From Nannocystis pusilla (GTDB taxonomy: Bacteria > Myxococcota_A > Polyangia > Nannocystales > Nannocystaceae): 64,000 nt of DNA. Below, one piece after another: positions 21,456-32,524 of this stretch. The notes beneath the pieces are model-generated. The model was given only the letters and a program-made list of their open reading frames with translations. It made no database searches and had not been told where the DNA came from. The number at the start of each line of letters is the position of its first letter. Position 1 is the first letter of the stretch. Both the position numbers and the translations under genes were made by a program. Location: assembly GCF_051105105.1 (NCBI RefSeq), contig NZ_CP185339.1, one strand, 5' to 3'.

Positions 21456-22115
21456 TCAGGCGGCGGCGAGCTGGGGGTCGAGGGCGAGGCGGGAGTGTAC
21501 GCGCTGCAGCAGCGCGGCTTCGTCGGCGGAGACCTCGCCATCGGCGCCGGCGATGGCCTCGAGGTAGCGGTAGACGGCGAGCTTCTGCGGCTCGTCGAGG
21601 ACCTGCGCGAGTACGCCGGCCAGGTCGACCGGGTCCGGGAGGTCCTTCGGCCGCTGCAGCAGGCGCAGCAGCGCGTCGGCCTCGAAGTCGTCGAACAGGT
21701 TGGCGCCGATCCGGATCGCCGTGCTCACCTCGTCGCGCTCGATCTTGCCGTCAGCGGCGATCATCGCCGCGGCGAGGCCGTACGCGACGTGCACGATGCT
21801 CAAGCCGGCGTCGTCGGGCGGGATCCCGGCCTCCGCGAGCGCCTTGCGGACGGCCGCCGGATCGGGGCTCAGGACGGCGCCGCGGAAGACCCCGTAGACC
21901 AGCAGGAAGGGGTTGATGACAAGCGCTGTGATGCTGAACCAGCCGACCACGGCGGACAGGCCGACCTCCTTGAAGATCGACTTGCGCACACACGAACGGC
22001 AGCCGATGAACTTCTTGGTGCCGATCTGATATGCGATGAGAAATCCGCGGACATAGGGTAGGGTGGCTAAGGTATCGAGCTCGCGTTCCTGGCACGTGGG
22101 GCAGCGGTGGGGCAT
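21456..22115 (-). CDS. Zn-ribbon / transmembrane / TerB-like domain protein
   Basis: MPHRCPTCQ...CRSC, a TM helix, then a TerB-like helical domain (DGKIERDEV, ADGEVSADEAALL). Start taken at the internal Met. Confidence 0.55.
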   Translation of the reverse strand: MPHRCPTCQERELDTLATLPYVRGFLIAYQIGTKKFIGCRSCVRKSIFKEVGLSAVVGWFSITALVINPFLLVYGVFRGAVLSPDPAAVRKALAEAGIPPDDAGLSIVHVAYGLAAAMIAADGKIERDEVSTAIRIGANLFDDFEADALLRLLQRPKDLPDPVDLAGVLAQVLDEPQKLAVYRYLEAIAGADGEVSADEAALLQRVHSRLALDPQLAAA

Positions 22116-22868
22116 AGCATCCTCCTGTCGTTCGGACAGCGCCTCGCACTGTACCAGACTGGACCACGGCGCCGACGGACGGAGCTCGTCGCGGCATGTC
22201 GGGGCTCCGGCGGCCGTGCGGACGCTGTTTCGTTCGATCGGGGCGGGACGCTCGGACCGGAGGGGGCCCTGCTGGCCCGGGGCAAACCGTCGGCCCACCG
22301 ACGCGGATGGGTTCGGAGCTGCTCCGAACCAGGGGCCTTCTCCGGGTCTCGATTCGCACTGTGAACATTGACCCGGCCGGTCTTCAATAGACGTACTGCA
22401 GCAGCTCGGGCCAGCCGTCGAGCTCGTGGAGCCGTCGCTGGTGGCCGTGGAGCCGTCGCTGGTGGCCGTTCACTGGCCCGGCGGGTGACGGCGCTTCGCC
22501 GGGCGCTCCGCGAGCGATCCACGAATTTCACCGGCGCAGGGCAGGGCGCGTGCGCCATCGATGCATTGCGACGCATGTCCCGTGCATCGGAGATGTCATT
22601 GTCAGTAGGACTCGCGTCCCCCCACTCGAGCGGGCGTCGGCGAGCCTGAGCTCGGTACCTGTCCCGAAGGACGTTCAAGACATTCGAGCGCAGCGAGGGA
22701 TATTCCCAAGGGCCCAGGCAACCTCTCTGCCCTGCGGAGCTTGCGCGCGAGCGTCTTTTGCCTCCGTGCTGCAGTCGCACGGGCGTCTCGCTTCGACGAG
22801 AGAGTTCAGGCGTCGCGCGCTCGCTTGCCGCCCCCGCGGACCCGTCGCAAGAGGGCTCCGGGGTCATC

Positions 22869-23534
22869 ATGCGCTTGCTCCTCCCTCGAAACATGTTCCT
22901 CACGCTGGCCGGCGCGCTCGTTGCGGTGCTGTTCTCGGGCTGCGCCAAGCGTGGTTCGCAGGACCCCGCCGATCCCGAGGTCGCGCCCGGACCTGCCGAG
23001 CAGAAGATCGCCGGCGGCACGCTGTTCGAGAAGCACTGCGCGAAGTGCCACGGCGCGCTCGGCAAGGGCAAGGACGATGCGCCGGCGGTGGTCGGCGAGG
23101 CGGCGCTGGCCCGCTTCAACAACGCGCAGGACCTGTTCGACTTCATCCGCAAAGAGATGCCCAAGGACAACCCGGGCAGCCTCAAAGAGGGCGAGTACTG
23201 GGCGATCGTCGCCTTCGACCTCAAGGCCAACGGGGTCGACGCCGACGAGACCGTCGGCCCGCAGAACGCGTCCACCTTCATGCTCCACTCGGAAGGCGAC
23301 AAGGCCGACGACAAGCAGGACGCGGCCAAGGGCGACCACACCGACGACCGGGTCTCGTCGGACGTCAACGAGTACACGTTCGGTGAGAGCGCCTCGCCGG
23401 CGGCGACTCACGGGACGTGGACGATGACGTCGCTGAAGTACTGGCTCGAGAGCGACTTGTCCTTGCAGATCGTGCCGCTGATCAGGTGCTCGCCCTGGTC
23501 GAAGACGATCTGCACGTCGTGGGTGTCGGGGTAG
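22869..23534 (+). CDS. lipoprotein c-type cytochrome (single CxxCH); 3' end uncertain
   Basis: MRLLLPRNMFLTLAGALVAVLFSGC lipobox; CAKCH heme motif. Confidence 0.6.
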   Translation: MRLLLPRNMFLTLAGALVAVLFSGCAKRGSQDPADPEVAPGPAEQKIAGGTLFEKHCAKCHGALGKGKDDAPAVVGEAALARFNNAQDLFDFIRKEMPKDNPGSLKEGEYWAIVAFDLKANGVDADETVGPQNASTFMLHSEGDKADDKQDAAKGDHTDDRVSSDVNEYTFGESASPAATHGTWTMTSLKYWLESDLSLQIVPLIRCSPWSKTICTSWVSG

Positions 23535-25120
23535 ACGACGATGCTCTCCGGCCCCGAGTCGGTCGGGAACGAGGTGATGTTCTGGACCAGCACCGGCGCC
23601 TGGCCGGCGACGCCGCTCCACTTGTAGAGGCGGTACGGCCCCGCGGCGCCGTCCTTCGGTCCGCCGAGGATCAGCATCGCCGCGTGTACCGGCGACCACG
23701 CCATCCCGCGCACGCGCAGGCCGCCGAGGTCGAGCAGGACGGCCTCGCCGAACTGCGCGACGGCGCCGCCCAGCACCGCGTCGGCGTTGAGCAGCGTAAC
23801 CAGGATGGCGTCCGTGCCTTGCAGCGGGTTGCGGAAGCCGATCACCAATTGCTTGGGGCGCTGCGCGGTCGGCAGCCAGGCGAGACCCTCGATGTTGGCG
23901 CCGTTCACCTTGGGCGCGAGGTTGGCGTCGGTGGACTTGCTCAGGTTGGCGGCGGTGGTGAGCGTGGCGATCACGCTCGCGTTCGGCGTCAGCCAGTTGG
24001 CGCTCTTGACCATGTCGTCGAGCAGCTTCGAGGTGTAGCCGGCGCCCGTCAGCGACACGTTCGGTGCGGTCCCGGCAACGTCGACGGCGAAGAAGCGGTA
24101 ACGCATGCGCTCGAGGTTGCCGCTCTTGTCGCGCCCGTGCGAGCTGACGACGTAGATCCGGTCGCCGATCCGCGCCGCGTCCTCGAGGTCGGCCTCGTCG
24201 GAGCTCGACAGGCCGATGCTGGCGGACACGTCGAAGGTCTTGGCGGCGTTGGCGTCGGCGCCGCGCCGGTAGACCCGCAGACCCTGGTTCTCGTCGTTGC
24301 CGTCGAGGAAGTAGGCGCCGTCGAGGGCGACGCCGAAGGAACCGTCGCAGCTCTGCCTGTAAATGCCGGGCGTCGGGTCGAGCACGACCTCGCCGCCGTC
24401 GTCACCGGTGGTGCCGCCCTCCTCGGCCTCGTGCCAGGTGACGCTCAGCTTGGGCCGCTTGGCCTTGGTGCCGTACTCGCTGGCGCGGAACTCGAGGCGA
24501 TTGCTGGTACCCGCACCGTCGAGGAAAAAGCCGCGGTTGCTGCCCGGGTTCGCCACCCACTGCTGCACCAGCGCGACGCCGGCGGCGTTGAGCGAGAAGG
24601 TGACGGCGCCGGTGTCGGCCGCCGAGAACGAGCCGAGCGCGACGGTCCCGCGGTCGTTCACGCCGTAGCCGCCCGCCGTCTGCCAGCTGCTGCCGGTGTT
24701 CCACACGTTCCAGGTCGCGTTCGCCTCGTTCCACGCGCGCCTGGCCTCGTACAGCGAGAACGTCTCCGGGCTCTTGTCGGAGATCTCGAGCGTGACGCTG
24801 ACCGACTCGACGACCGCGGTGGTCGGGATCGCGGCGCTCAGGTCCCACGACAGCAGCGCCAGCACCTCGGTGTCCGCCTCGACCGACAGGCTGGTGTCGG
24901 CGCCGTTCTTGGCGCTGGGCGAGTCGCCGTCGAGCATGGTATCGCGCGTGCCGGCGTAGCTGGTGGTCGGCGCCTGGCCGTCCTGGAAGCTGACGGTCAC
25001 CGGCCCGCCGGCGCGCGCGACCACGGCATCGTCGTCGCCGTCTTCGCAACCGTGTGCCATGAACGCGAGCGCGCCGCTCGCAACGAGGGACAGAATATGA
25101 ATGCAGCGAGTGTGATGCAT
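23408..25120 (-). CDS. secreted lipoprotein of unknown function (beta-rich, 570 aa)
   Basis: Signal plus lipobox ALAFMAHGC. No alternative frame looks coding. Confidence 0.6.
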   Translation of the reverse strand: MHHTRCIHILSLVASGALAFMAHGCEDGDDDAVVARAGGPVTVSFQDGQAPTTSYAGTRDTMLDGDSPSAKNGADTSLSVEADTEVLALLSWDLSAAIPTTAVVESVSVTLEISDKSPETFSLYEARRAWNEANATWNVWNTGSSWQTAGGYGVNDRGTVALGSFSAADTGAVTFSLNAAGVALVQQWVANPGSNRGFFLDGAGTSNRLEFRASEYGTKAKRPKLSVTWHEAEEGGTTGDDGGEVVLDPTPGIYRQSCDGSFGVALDGAYFLDGNDENQGLRVYRRGADANAAKTFDVSASIGLSSSDEADLEDAARIGDRIYVVSSHGRDKSGNLERMRYRFFAVDVAGTAPNVSLTGAGYTSKLLDDMVKSANWLTPNASVIATLTTAANLSKSTDANLAPKVNGANIEGLAWLPTAQRPKQLVIGFRNPLQGTDAILVTLLNADAVLGGAVAQFGEAVLLDLGGLRVRGMAWSPVHAAMLILGGPKDGAAGPYRLYKWSGVAGQAPVLVQNITSFPTDSGPESIVVYPDTHDVQIVFDQGEHLISGTICKDKSLSSQYFSDVIVHVP

Positions 25121-25309
25121 GGGATGACGCGACCATCGGGCCGGACAGGCCCGCGCCGGGCATCCTAGGCATTCTCGATCATGAATGCGGTGACATGTCG
25201 GTCACAGCCCGGCGGCACCCCGTCACGACGGCGTGAGCATGTCGTCACGCGGACGAGCCGCGCGACGAGCTCCCGGCCTCCGCGATGCGGGCCGTCTGCC
25301 ATGAGACGG

Positions 25310-26131
25310 TCAGCGGTTGGTTGCGAGCATTCTCCTCGCCAGGACCGCCCCGCCCACCGCGCTGCCGCCGACGATGACTGCATAGGCGATCCCCGCGATC
25401 AAGTAATCCGAGTCCGAACTGAGTCGCCAGGCCACCACGCCCGCCGCGGCGATAAGTCCCGCTGCCGCGCCGCCGATCGCCAGGACCTTGATGAACATTC
25501 GTCGTAGTTCGGCCGGCGGCGGCGCGGCGAGAGCGGGCCAGCGGGCGAGGGCCTCGGCGGGCGGTCGGGCCGTGAGTCGCACGCACTCCTCGCTCTCGGC
25601 CCGCCACAGGGCGCGACCGCCAAACGCCTGCGACCAGCGCTCGTCCAGCAAGAAGCCGTCGCGCTGCCGGACGAGCTCGGCCAGCTCGCCGGCGAGGGCG
25701 GGTGTGTCCCTGGCGTCGATGTCGATCCGCGACAGGCGCACGCGCTGGAAGAACAGGCCGATGACGAGCTCCACGCCGAGCTGGCGCCACTGGCTCGTCG
25801 GTATGAACGCTGCGAGGTCCCGACCGATCACGACGATTCCGTCGCGCGCGCGCGGGCCGATGGATTGACTGGCGTCGGTCACGAAGGCCCGCCGCGCGGG
25901 CGCGGCCGTGCCGGCGTCGGGCTCGAGCGGCTCCGGTCCGCGTCGCTCGGCGAGCCGCAGCCTCAGCCTCGCCAGAGCGGCCGCGCCGATCGCCGCGACT
26001 GCCGCGAGAATCCCGAACACCCCATCCCGCTCCGCGGCTGCCAATCCGCCGAGCACGAGCGTCACCAGCAGCGAGGCCGCGAGCATCAGGCCGAGCATGG
26101 GCGTGGACTGTTCCCGCGAGCGCAACGCCAT
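25310..26131 (-). CDS. hypothetical membrane protein
   Basis: N- and C-terminal hydrophobic segments; start chosen at the internal Met. Confidence 0.3.
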   Translation of the reverse strand: MALRSREQSTPMLGLMLAASLLVTLVLGGLAAAERDGVFGILAAVAAIGAAALARLRLRLAERRGPEPLEPDAGTAAPARRAFVTDASQSIGPRARDGIVVIGRDLAAFIPTSQWRQLGVELVIGLFFQRVRLSRIDIDARDTPALAGELAELVRQRDGFLLDERWSQAFGGRALWRAESEECVRLTARPPAEALARWPALAAPPPAELRRMFIKVLAIGGAAAGLIAAAGVVAWRLSSDSDYLIAGIAYAVIVGGSAVGGAVLARRMLATNR

Positions 26132-26377
26132 GCGCCTGCGATAACACGCCCAAGTCCCGCACTGGCGGTCGGGTATGCGCAGTCGACGCCTTTCTACTCT
26201 GAAGCGCTGCGCGCGCAATGTGGTCTTCGGGCCGACGCAGAGCCCAACGTCTCCCGGCGCTGCACCAACGATGTCGACCACTTCCGCTCGTGGCGCCTGC
26301 AGGGGCCGACGAGCGCGTGGCGCGTTGTGGCGCATTCAGGAAAACATTTTCTGGCGATGGGTTATCGTGGTTTCGGC

Positions 26378-27340
26378 ATGGACGAGCGTTCGAGCGGCTC
26401 CGAGGACGCGCCCGCGACGGCGCTGGCAGATGATTGGTCCGTCCTCCTGGCAGTGACCGAGCAGTTGAACGCGGCGACGGCCCGCGAGGCGACGCTGCAG
26501 GCATTCCTCCTGCCGGCGCCGCGGCGCGACGAGGCCGAGGTCGTGCTCTGCACCGTCGAGCACGACGCGGACGACAGGCCGGAGTGGCTCTCGGTGGCGG
26601 TGGTCCGGCCTGCAGCGGTGCGGCCGGCGCGGTCCCGTGTCGGCGACCGCCACCACCTCCCTGACATGCCGTTTTCGCGGTTCTGGCTCGAGCAACCGGG
26701 AGTGCCGGTGCTCGTCGGGTCCGCCGCGACCGATCCGCGGATCGATCCGGTCCTGCGCGACGTCTGGGCGGCCGCCGGTATCAAGGCGGCGCTGCTGATC
26801 GCGTTGACCCTGCGCGCCCGCGTCGTCGGCGTGTTCTCGATCCAGTGGAGCTGCGAGGTGCCGCTCGGCCCGCGGGAGCGGCGGATCTACCAGATCCTCT
26901 CGCGCAACGCGGCGCTGCTGCTGGAGAACATGGTGATCGTCGATCGCCTGCAGGCCGCGCTGGCCGAGCGGAGCGCGCCGCTGATCCCGATCACCGACGA
27001 CATCCTGGTCATGCCGCTGATCGGCACGCTCGACGAGACTCGCCGCGCGCGGATCCTCGAGGTGGCGCTGCAGGGGTCGTCCGCGGCGCGGGTCACGATC
27101 ATCGACATCACCGGCGTCCCGTCGCTCGACGTCCACGCCGCCGCGCTCCTCACCAGCACCGCCCAGGCGCTGCGGCTGCTCGGCGTGCTCCCGATCCTGA
27201 GCGGCGTGCGTGCGGAGGTCGCCCGGGATCTGATGGCTTTCGGCGACCCGCTGACCGGCATCGTGACCTGCGGGACGCTCCAGGCCGGCGTCGAATACGC
27301 CCTGCGGCAGCTCGGCAAGCCGTATTCGCGCGCGATCTAG
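26378..27340 (+). CDS. GAF-STAS sensor protein (RsbR-like)
   Basis: C-terminal STAS IPITDDILVMPLIGTLDETRRARILE...VTIIDITGVP, closely parallel to the 10288 gene. Confidence 0.7.
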   Translation: MDERSSGSEDAPATALADDWSVLLAVTEQLNAATAREATLQAFLLPAPRRDEAEVVLCTVEHDADDRPEWLSVAVVRPAAVRPARSRVGDRHHLPDMPFSRFWLEQPGVPVLVGSAATDPRIDPVLRDVWAAAGIKAALLIALTLRARVVGVFSIQWSCEVPLGPRERRIYQILSRNAALLLENMVIVDRLQAALAERSAPLIPITDDILVMPLIGTLDETRRARILEVALQGSSAARVTIIDITGVPSLDVHAAALLTSTAQALRLLGVLPILSGVRAEVARDLMAFGDPLTGIVTCGTLQAGVEYALRQLGKPYSRAI

Positions 27341-27381
27341 GCCCGCCGTCGGGGAGCGCGTCGTCGTGGTATATCGCGGCG

Positions 27382-28159
27382 ATGGCGACCTTATCCGAGT
27401 CGGGCCGGCGCGCCGGGACGAACGTGCTCCGCGAATGGATGCCCGACCGGATCCTCCGCCTCATGGTGTTGCAGCAATTGATCGACGCCGGTGAGATCGA
27501 GCCGATCACCGCCGAGACGGTGTACCCGGCGGTGCGCGGCCAGCCATTCGACGCGTGGGCGGAAGACGGCCATCGATTCAACGAGGACATCGCGGCGTAC
27601 GTCGACGACACGCCGGTCGACGAGGCGATGCTGGCGAGGGTGACGCGGTTGCCCACGGACCCGAGCGCGGACCTCGTGTTCGTGATCTGGCCGCAATTCG
27701 ACGGCGAGAGCGACGAGTTCGAACGTCACCGATCTGTCGGGGCTCGAGCGCTTGCCCGCGCTCGCGGAGCTGTTCGTCGAGGTCCGCCGCCAGGCCGACC
27801 TCGCGGTCGTGGCGCGTTGCGCCCGCCTGACCGCGGCGTCGCTGGACTGCCGCGTGCCTCTCGACCTCTCCCCGCTGGCCGCCCTGCGCGGGCTGCAGAC
27901 GCTGGAGCTGCTGCACGCCGAGAACGTCGCCGACCTCGCCTGGCTGCGCGCGCTGCCGGAGCTGACCGCGCTGCGGCTGCACGGCGATCCGCAGGCGCTC
28001 GATCTGCGGCCCCTGCTCGACGTGCCCGCGCTCGCCTCGGTCGCCCTGCTGCGCACCGCGTTCGTCGAGGGGACGAATCCGTCCGTGCTGGCGTTCGGGG
28101 ACAACGCGCTGGTCCTCGCCGCCCTGTTCGTCCGCGGCGTCGCGGTGGAGACGCGCTGA
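27382..28159 (+). CDS. leucine-rich-repeat protein; frameshift ~27720
   Basis: N-terminal frame MATLSESGRRAGTNV... is joined by a shift at ttcgaacgtc to LRR-like LSGLERLPALAELFV...LQTLELLHAENVADLAWLRALPELTALRL. Confidence 0.5.
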
Positions 28160-28255
28160 GTCTGCCCGACGGTCGGGCCGGTTCGCCCCGGTCGAGGCCG
28201 CCGGAGAGCCGGGACGTCGCGGCGTGTCCTTCGCCTTGACAAATGGTTCACGAGC

Positions 28256-28753
28256 ATGAACCATTTGTTCACGCAAACCATGGCCCGCGCCCCCGACGAT
28301 CCAGTGAACGCGCGCCTGGGCGCCCTGCTCGAGGCGTTCATGAACCGGGTCGCCCATCCGCGCGGGCGCGCGCTGGCGTTCTTGACCCGGTCGTCGGTCA
28401 CCGTCGACCAGGCGATCCTCGTCGACCACGCGCTGACCCGGCCCGGCAGCACCCCGACCAGCCTGGCGGCGACGATGAACCTGTCACTGCCCTCGATCAG
28501 CCAGATGATCGAGCGGCTGGCGCGGCTCGGCATGCTCCGGCGCACCGAGGACCCGGCCGATCGCCGGCGCAAGACGATCGCGGCCACCCCGAAGGCCCGA
28601 AGGTTCCTCCGCGAGCTGCAGGCGGTCCGCTCGCAGGAGTTCTCGGCCGGCGCGGCTGCCCTATCGCCCGCCACGCAGCAGCGGCTCGTCGCGGCGCTCG
28701 AACGAGCGCTGGCCGAGCTCGACCCCGACCCGTCCGCAGGAGCACCGCGATGA
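28256..28753 (+). CDS. MarR family transcriptional regulator
   Basis: Winged-HTH region and conserved DRRRK. Confidence 0.85.
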   Translation: MNHLFTQTMARAPDDPVNARLGALLEAFMNRVAHPRGRALAFLTRSSVTVDQAILVDHALTRPGSTPTSLAATMNLSLPSISQMIERLARLGMLRRTEDPADRRRKTIAATPKARRFLRELQAVRSQEFSAGAAALSPATQQRLVAALERALAELDPDPSAGAPR

Positions 28754-29118
28754 TTCAGCTCGACCACCTGGCCGTCGAGGCGCGCGACGTCGCCGCCTCG
28801 GCGCGATTTCTGGCCGGCATCCTCGGCCTCGCGGACCCCGTGCCCGAGGGCGAGGACGACGACATGTTCCGCATCGACCTCGACCACGGGGTGTTCGTCC
28901 TGTTCTCGCCGGCGAGCGAGCCGCGCTTCTCACACGTTGCTTTCCGCGTCGACGCTGCTCGCTTCGACGGCATCGTCGACCGTCTGCGCGCGCGCGGGGT
29001 CGCGTTCGGCAACGATCACGACGACACCCGCAACTACCGGACCGACGACTTCCTCGGCGGCGCGGGCCGCGTCTATTTTCACGACGCCGACGGCCACCTG
29101 TGGGAGGTGACCTGCTGA
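28750..29118 (+). CDS. VOC/glyoxalase-family protein
   Basis: MIQLDHLAVEARDV...HVAFRV...; ATGA overlap with marR. Confidence 0.8.
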   Translation: MIQLDHLAVEARDVAASARFLAGILGLADPVPEGEDDDMFRIDLDHGVFVLFSPASEPRFSHVAFRVDAARFDGIVDRLRARGVAFGNDHDDTRNYRTDDFLGGAGRVYFHDADGHLWEVTC

Positions 29119-29136
29119 AGCCGTTCGCCGCGCGCC

Positions 29137-30676
29137 TCAGGGCGCGAAGGCGTCGAGCTCGATGCGGAGCGCGCGGACGACGATCTCGCCCGGGAGGCTG
29201 CCGTGCAGGCGCAGGCCGACCGCCAGCGAGTTGCCGTTCGCCTGCGCGTGCGTGGCGACGAGGGTGTCGCCGAACTCCGCCCACGCGTCGGAGGTCGCGA
29301 GCCGCGGGATGGGCAGCGTGAGGACCTCGAGCGGGTCGGCGCCGTCCATGGTCACGCGGAACACGTGCAGCGTCGAGGTGGTGGCGTCGCTGACCACCGA
29401 GGGCTGGCAGAAGCAGCCGAAGCGCTCCTCGCACTCGAGGGTGTACTCGTAGGTGGTGTCGAGCTGGGTGGTGACCACGACTGCCCAGGCGAGGCCGTCC
29501 GGCGTGCGGGCGAGCGTGGCGGTGTGGTCCTCGAAACCGGTGGCGGTCTCGATGCACGACGCCGGGCACTTGTCGTCGTCGTCGGGGAACACGGAACCTT
29601 CGCACATGCTCTCGAGCAGGCCGAAGCCGGGGAGCTGGGCGGCGGCGCTGGTCTCGTCGTCGACCGGCCAGGCGACCTCGAGGAGGGCGTCGTCCTGGAT
29701 GAGCGCGGCGAACGGAGCCCCGACCGGCGGGGTCGGCTGCGCGCTCGGGACGAGGAAGTAGTGCTGGCCGTCGGACGAGTTGAAGTTCTTGCCGAGGCGC
29801 TGCACGGCGCCGTCGACCTCGACGTTCGAGCCAGTACAAGGAGTCCTCCTTCCGCATGTCGGCGGCGAGGAGGCGGCCCTTCGCGTCGCGCCCGAACCTG
29901 GGCGTGCCATAGCCGCCGGTCGGGAAGGCGACGGGGGCGCTGGTCCATGTGCCCTGGTCGTCGCGGACGAGCTCGCGGAAATCCTCGGGCCCCTCGCCGA
30001 AGTGCCAGATGTGCGGCCGGCCGTCGGGGAGGACCTGGAACCCGGCCAGCGGCTCGCCGGCGATGCCCACGTGGGCGGTCTCCTCGGCCCAGTCGTGCGC
30101 CTCGGCGACGTAGGCGATGTCCGCGTCGGTGGGCTCGAGCGTGCCCTGGACCTCGGCGGCGAGGTGCAGGTCGCCGCCGGGGCCGGCGGCGAGGTGAATC
30201 GTGCTGCGCGCGAAGCGGGCCGGCAGCGTGACTCGCTGGGCCGAGTCGGTGGTGACGCGGAAGAGCATGCTGTCGGAGCTGCTCGAGGTGGCAACCCAGG
30301 TGACGTTGGGCGTGGGGACGACGCGGACGCCAGGGCCGCCGAATTCGGAGTCGCCGCAGCGAAGCTCGACGTTGGCCGAGATCGGGCACGTGCCGGAGGG
30401 ACAGACGGCAGCGGCGTGGTCGCCCGGGAAGACCTGGACGTTGCACGCGGACGGCGGCGGATCGACGGTCGTGGTCGACGTCGTGGTCGGCTCGTCGAGC
30501 GTGGTGGTGGTGGTCGGGGTGAGGGTGGTGGTCGTCGTGGTCTCGCCGGGATCGGTGGTGCCGTCGGTGGTGGTCTGGGTGCCGCCGTCGGTGGTGGCGT
30601 CGCTGGTCGAGGTCGAAGGGCCACACGCGAGCGACAGGACGCTGGCGTTGGCGAGGAGCATAAGTAGGCTGCGCAT
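29137..30676 (-). CDS. lipoprotein with Thr-rich linker, unknown function; frameshift ~29825
   Basis: MRSLLMLLANASVLSLAC lipobox plus a TTTTLTPTTTTT linker. The C-terminal half continues in the 29137..30858 frame. Confidence 0.6.
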
Positions 30677-30948
30677 GCGCGGGAGGCTATCACGGACCCG
30701 GAGCGCGGCGGGGCAAACAATCGGCAAGGGAGACTCGCCGTTCGTGACAGTCGCCCGAGGCAATGGCGGCTCGGCATTGCATGTACCGCAGGCGTTCCGA
30801 GGTTTCCGCACACGCTGCGCGTGACGCGTGGGGCGAGCGTTGCAGCCCCTCGCGACATCGCGCGGGGCGCTTGCTCCCACTTTCAACGCGGTTCGAGTCG
30901 TCGGCGAGATCGGGTATAAGTCCCGCCGCTGCCGGAGAGCGAAGACGG

Positions 30949-32403
30949 ATGAGACAGTTGCTTGGGTTTGGGATGGTATGGGCCGCTGTTCTGCTCACCG
31001 CGTGCGGCGGCGACGGAGGCACGAGCACCGAGACGGGCGGAGGCGGCACGACGTCGTCGTCGACGACGGGAGGAGGGGACACGAGCTCGAGCAGCTCGAT
31101 CTCGTCTTCGCCCACCACGACGAGCGACGGCACCAGCACGAGCACGGGCACGAGCGACGCGAGCACGTCATCGCCCACCACGACGGGCGACGACGCCGCG
31201 CCCGACTGGGTCTCGGAGGTGCCCGCGGACGGCGGCTGGTTCGAGCTCACGGCCTCCGAGCCGTTCGAGCAGTGGGCGGCGGCGAACCTCGAGCCCGCGA
31301 CCGGCTACCTCGGCTCGGCGCCCATCGGTGCGGTCCGCGACGCGTACTGCAACCCGATCTTCGATCACGCGGGCAAGGCGTTCTACATGTTCGGCGGCGG
31401 GCACTTCGATGGCAGCATCAACGCCGTCTTCAAGCTCGACGCAAAGACGCTGAAATACAGCGTCGCGGTGCCGCCGACGCCGCCCTCGGCGTATCCGCCT
31501 GCCTATACCGCGCCGAACTCTGCCATCGTCTATCCGTCCGGGGCGTCGAACGGGTTCTTCCAGAGCGCGGAGACGCTGATGGATCCCGCCGATACGCCCT
31601 TCGCGGCGCCGTTCGCCGCGCCCCAGGCGAGCCACACCTATTCGGCGATGAGCTTCGTCGACGGCAAGCTGGTGCTGCATTACGGCCCCGTGCGCGACGC
31701 CGACGTGGTGAGCGGGACGTGGACCTACCTCGACAAGGACATGTACGGGCCGCAGCTCGTCGAGTTCGACCCCAACTACGGCGAGGCGGTGCTCCAGTCG
31801 GGTACGCACACTGCCAACGATCGGGAGACGGGCAAGGCGTGGACGACCCTCGTCTCCGGCGACGCCGGCCTGAACTGGCGCACGCGCGTGCTCGTGATCG
31901 AACCGACGACGCACACGATCGAGGCGGTGGTGAACGCCCCGTGGGACGTGAACGGCAGCTCGTCGATCGTGGTCGGTGGGTCGCACGTGTACCTGTTCAC
32001 GCCGACGGTGGCCGACGAGGTGAAGACCTCGACTCGCGGCTGGCGCATCGACAAGGCGACGCTCGCGGTCGAGCACCTGACGCTCACCGGCGAGCTGCCG
32101 AGCTGGCCCGACGGCGCGCCGACCCAGGAGAGCGTGCCCGTCTTCTACGACGGGGCCCGGCTGAACTTCTGGAACTACAGCGTCGACGCCGATCGCGACG
32201 CGTTCTTCCGCCTCGAGCTCGCGCCCGCGAGCGGCTCCGGCACGCAGGAGGATCCGTACGTGCTGACGGCCGAGCGAGACCAGCGCCCGGTCTCGACGAT
32301 GCCCGCGCCCGCGCTGACGTACGACCTGACCTACATCGACGACTGGGGTGTCGTGCTGTTTCTGCCGAAGGCCAACGCCAAGCTGTGGGCGATCAAGCTC
32401 TGA
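30949..32403 (+). CDS. lipoprotein with Ser/Thr-rich linker, unknown function
   Basis: MRQLLGFGMVWAAVLLTAC lipobox plus an S/T-rich linker. Confidence 0.6.
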   Translation: MRQLLGFGMVWAAVLLTACGGDGGTSTETGGGGTTSSSTTGGGDTSSSSSISSSPTTTSDGTSTSTGTSDASTSSPTTTGDDAAPDWVSEVPADGGWFELTASEPFEQWAAANLEPATGYLGSAPIGAVRDAYCNPIFDHAGKAFYMFGGGHFDGSINAVFKLDAKTLKYSVAVPPTPPSAYPPAYTAPNSAIVYPSGASNGFFQSAETLMDPADTPFAAPFAAPQASHTYSAMSFVDGKLVLHYGPVRDADVVSGTWTYLDKDMYGPQLVEFDPNYGEAVLQSGTHTANDRETGKAWTTLVSGDAGLNWRTRVLVIEPTTHTIEAVVNAPWDVNGSSSIVVGGSHVYLFTPTVADEVKTSTRGWRIDKATLAVEHLTLTGELPSWPDGAPTQESVPVFYDGARLNFWNYSVDADRDAFFRLELAPASGSGTQEDPYVLTAERDQRPVSTMPAPALTYDLTYIDDWGVVLFLPKANAKLWAIKL

Positions 32404-32524
32404 CTCCACGGACAACGGCCGAGGCCGGCAGAGCCGTCGCTCGCGCCGCGAGGACCCGCACCCGTGGACCTTCAGCCGTGTCGCGCAGGCGTTGCACTCT
32501 GAGGGTCCCTCCGAGGAGAGACCC

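Noticed and set aside
27391-28887. 498-aa minus ORF
   Set aside because: Alternate-frame artefact opposite the LRR, MarR and VOC genes.
28661-30886. 741-aa and 424-aa overlapping minus ORFs at 28661-30886
   Set aside because: Only the lipoprotein reading (30676 down to ~29830, then frame-shifted to 29137) is protein-like. The rest is R/P-rich.
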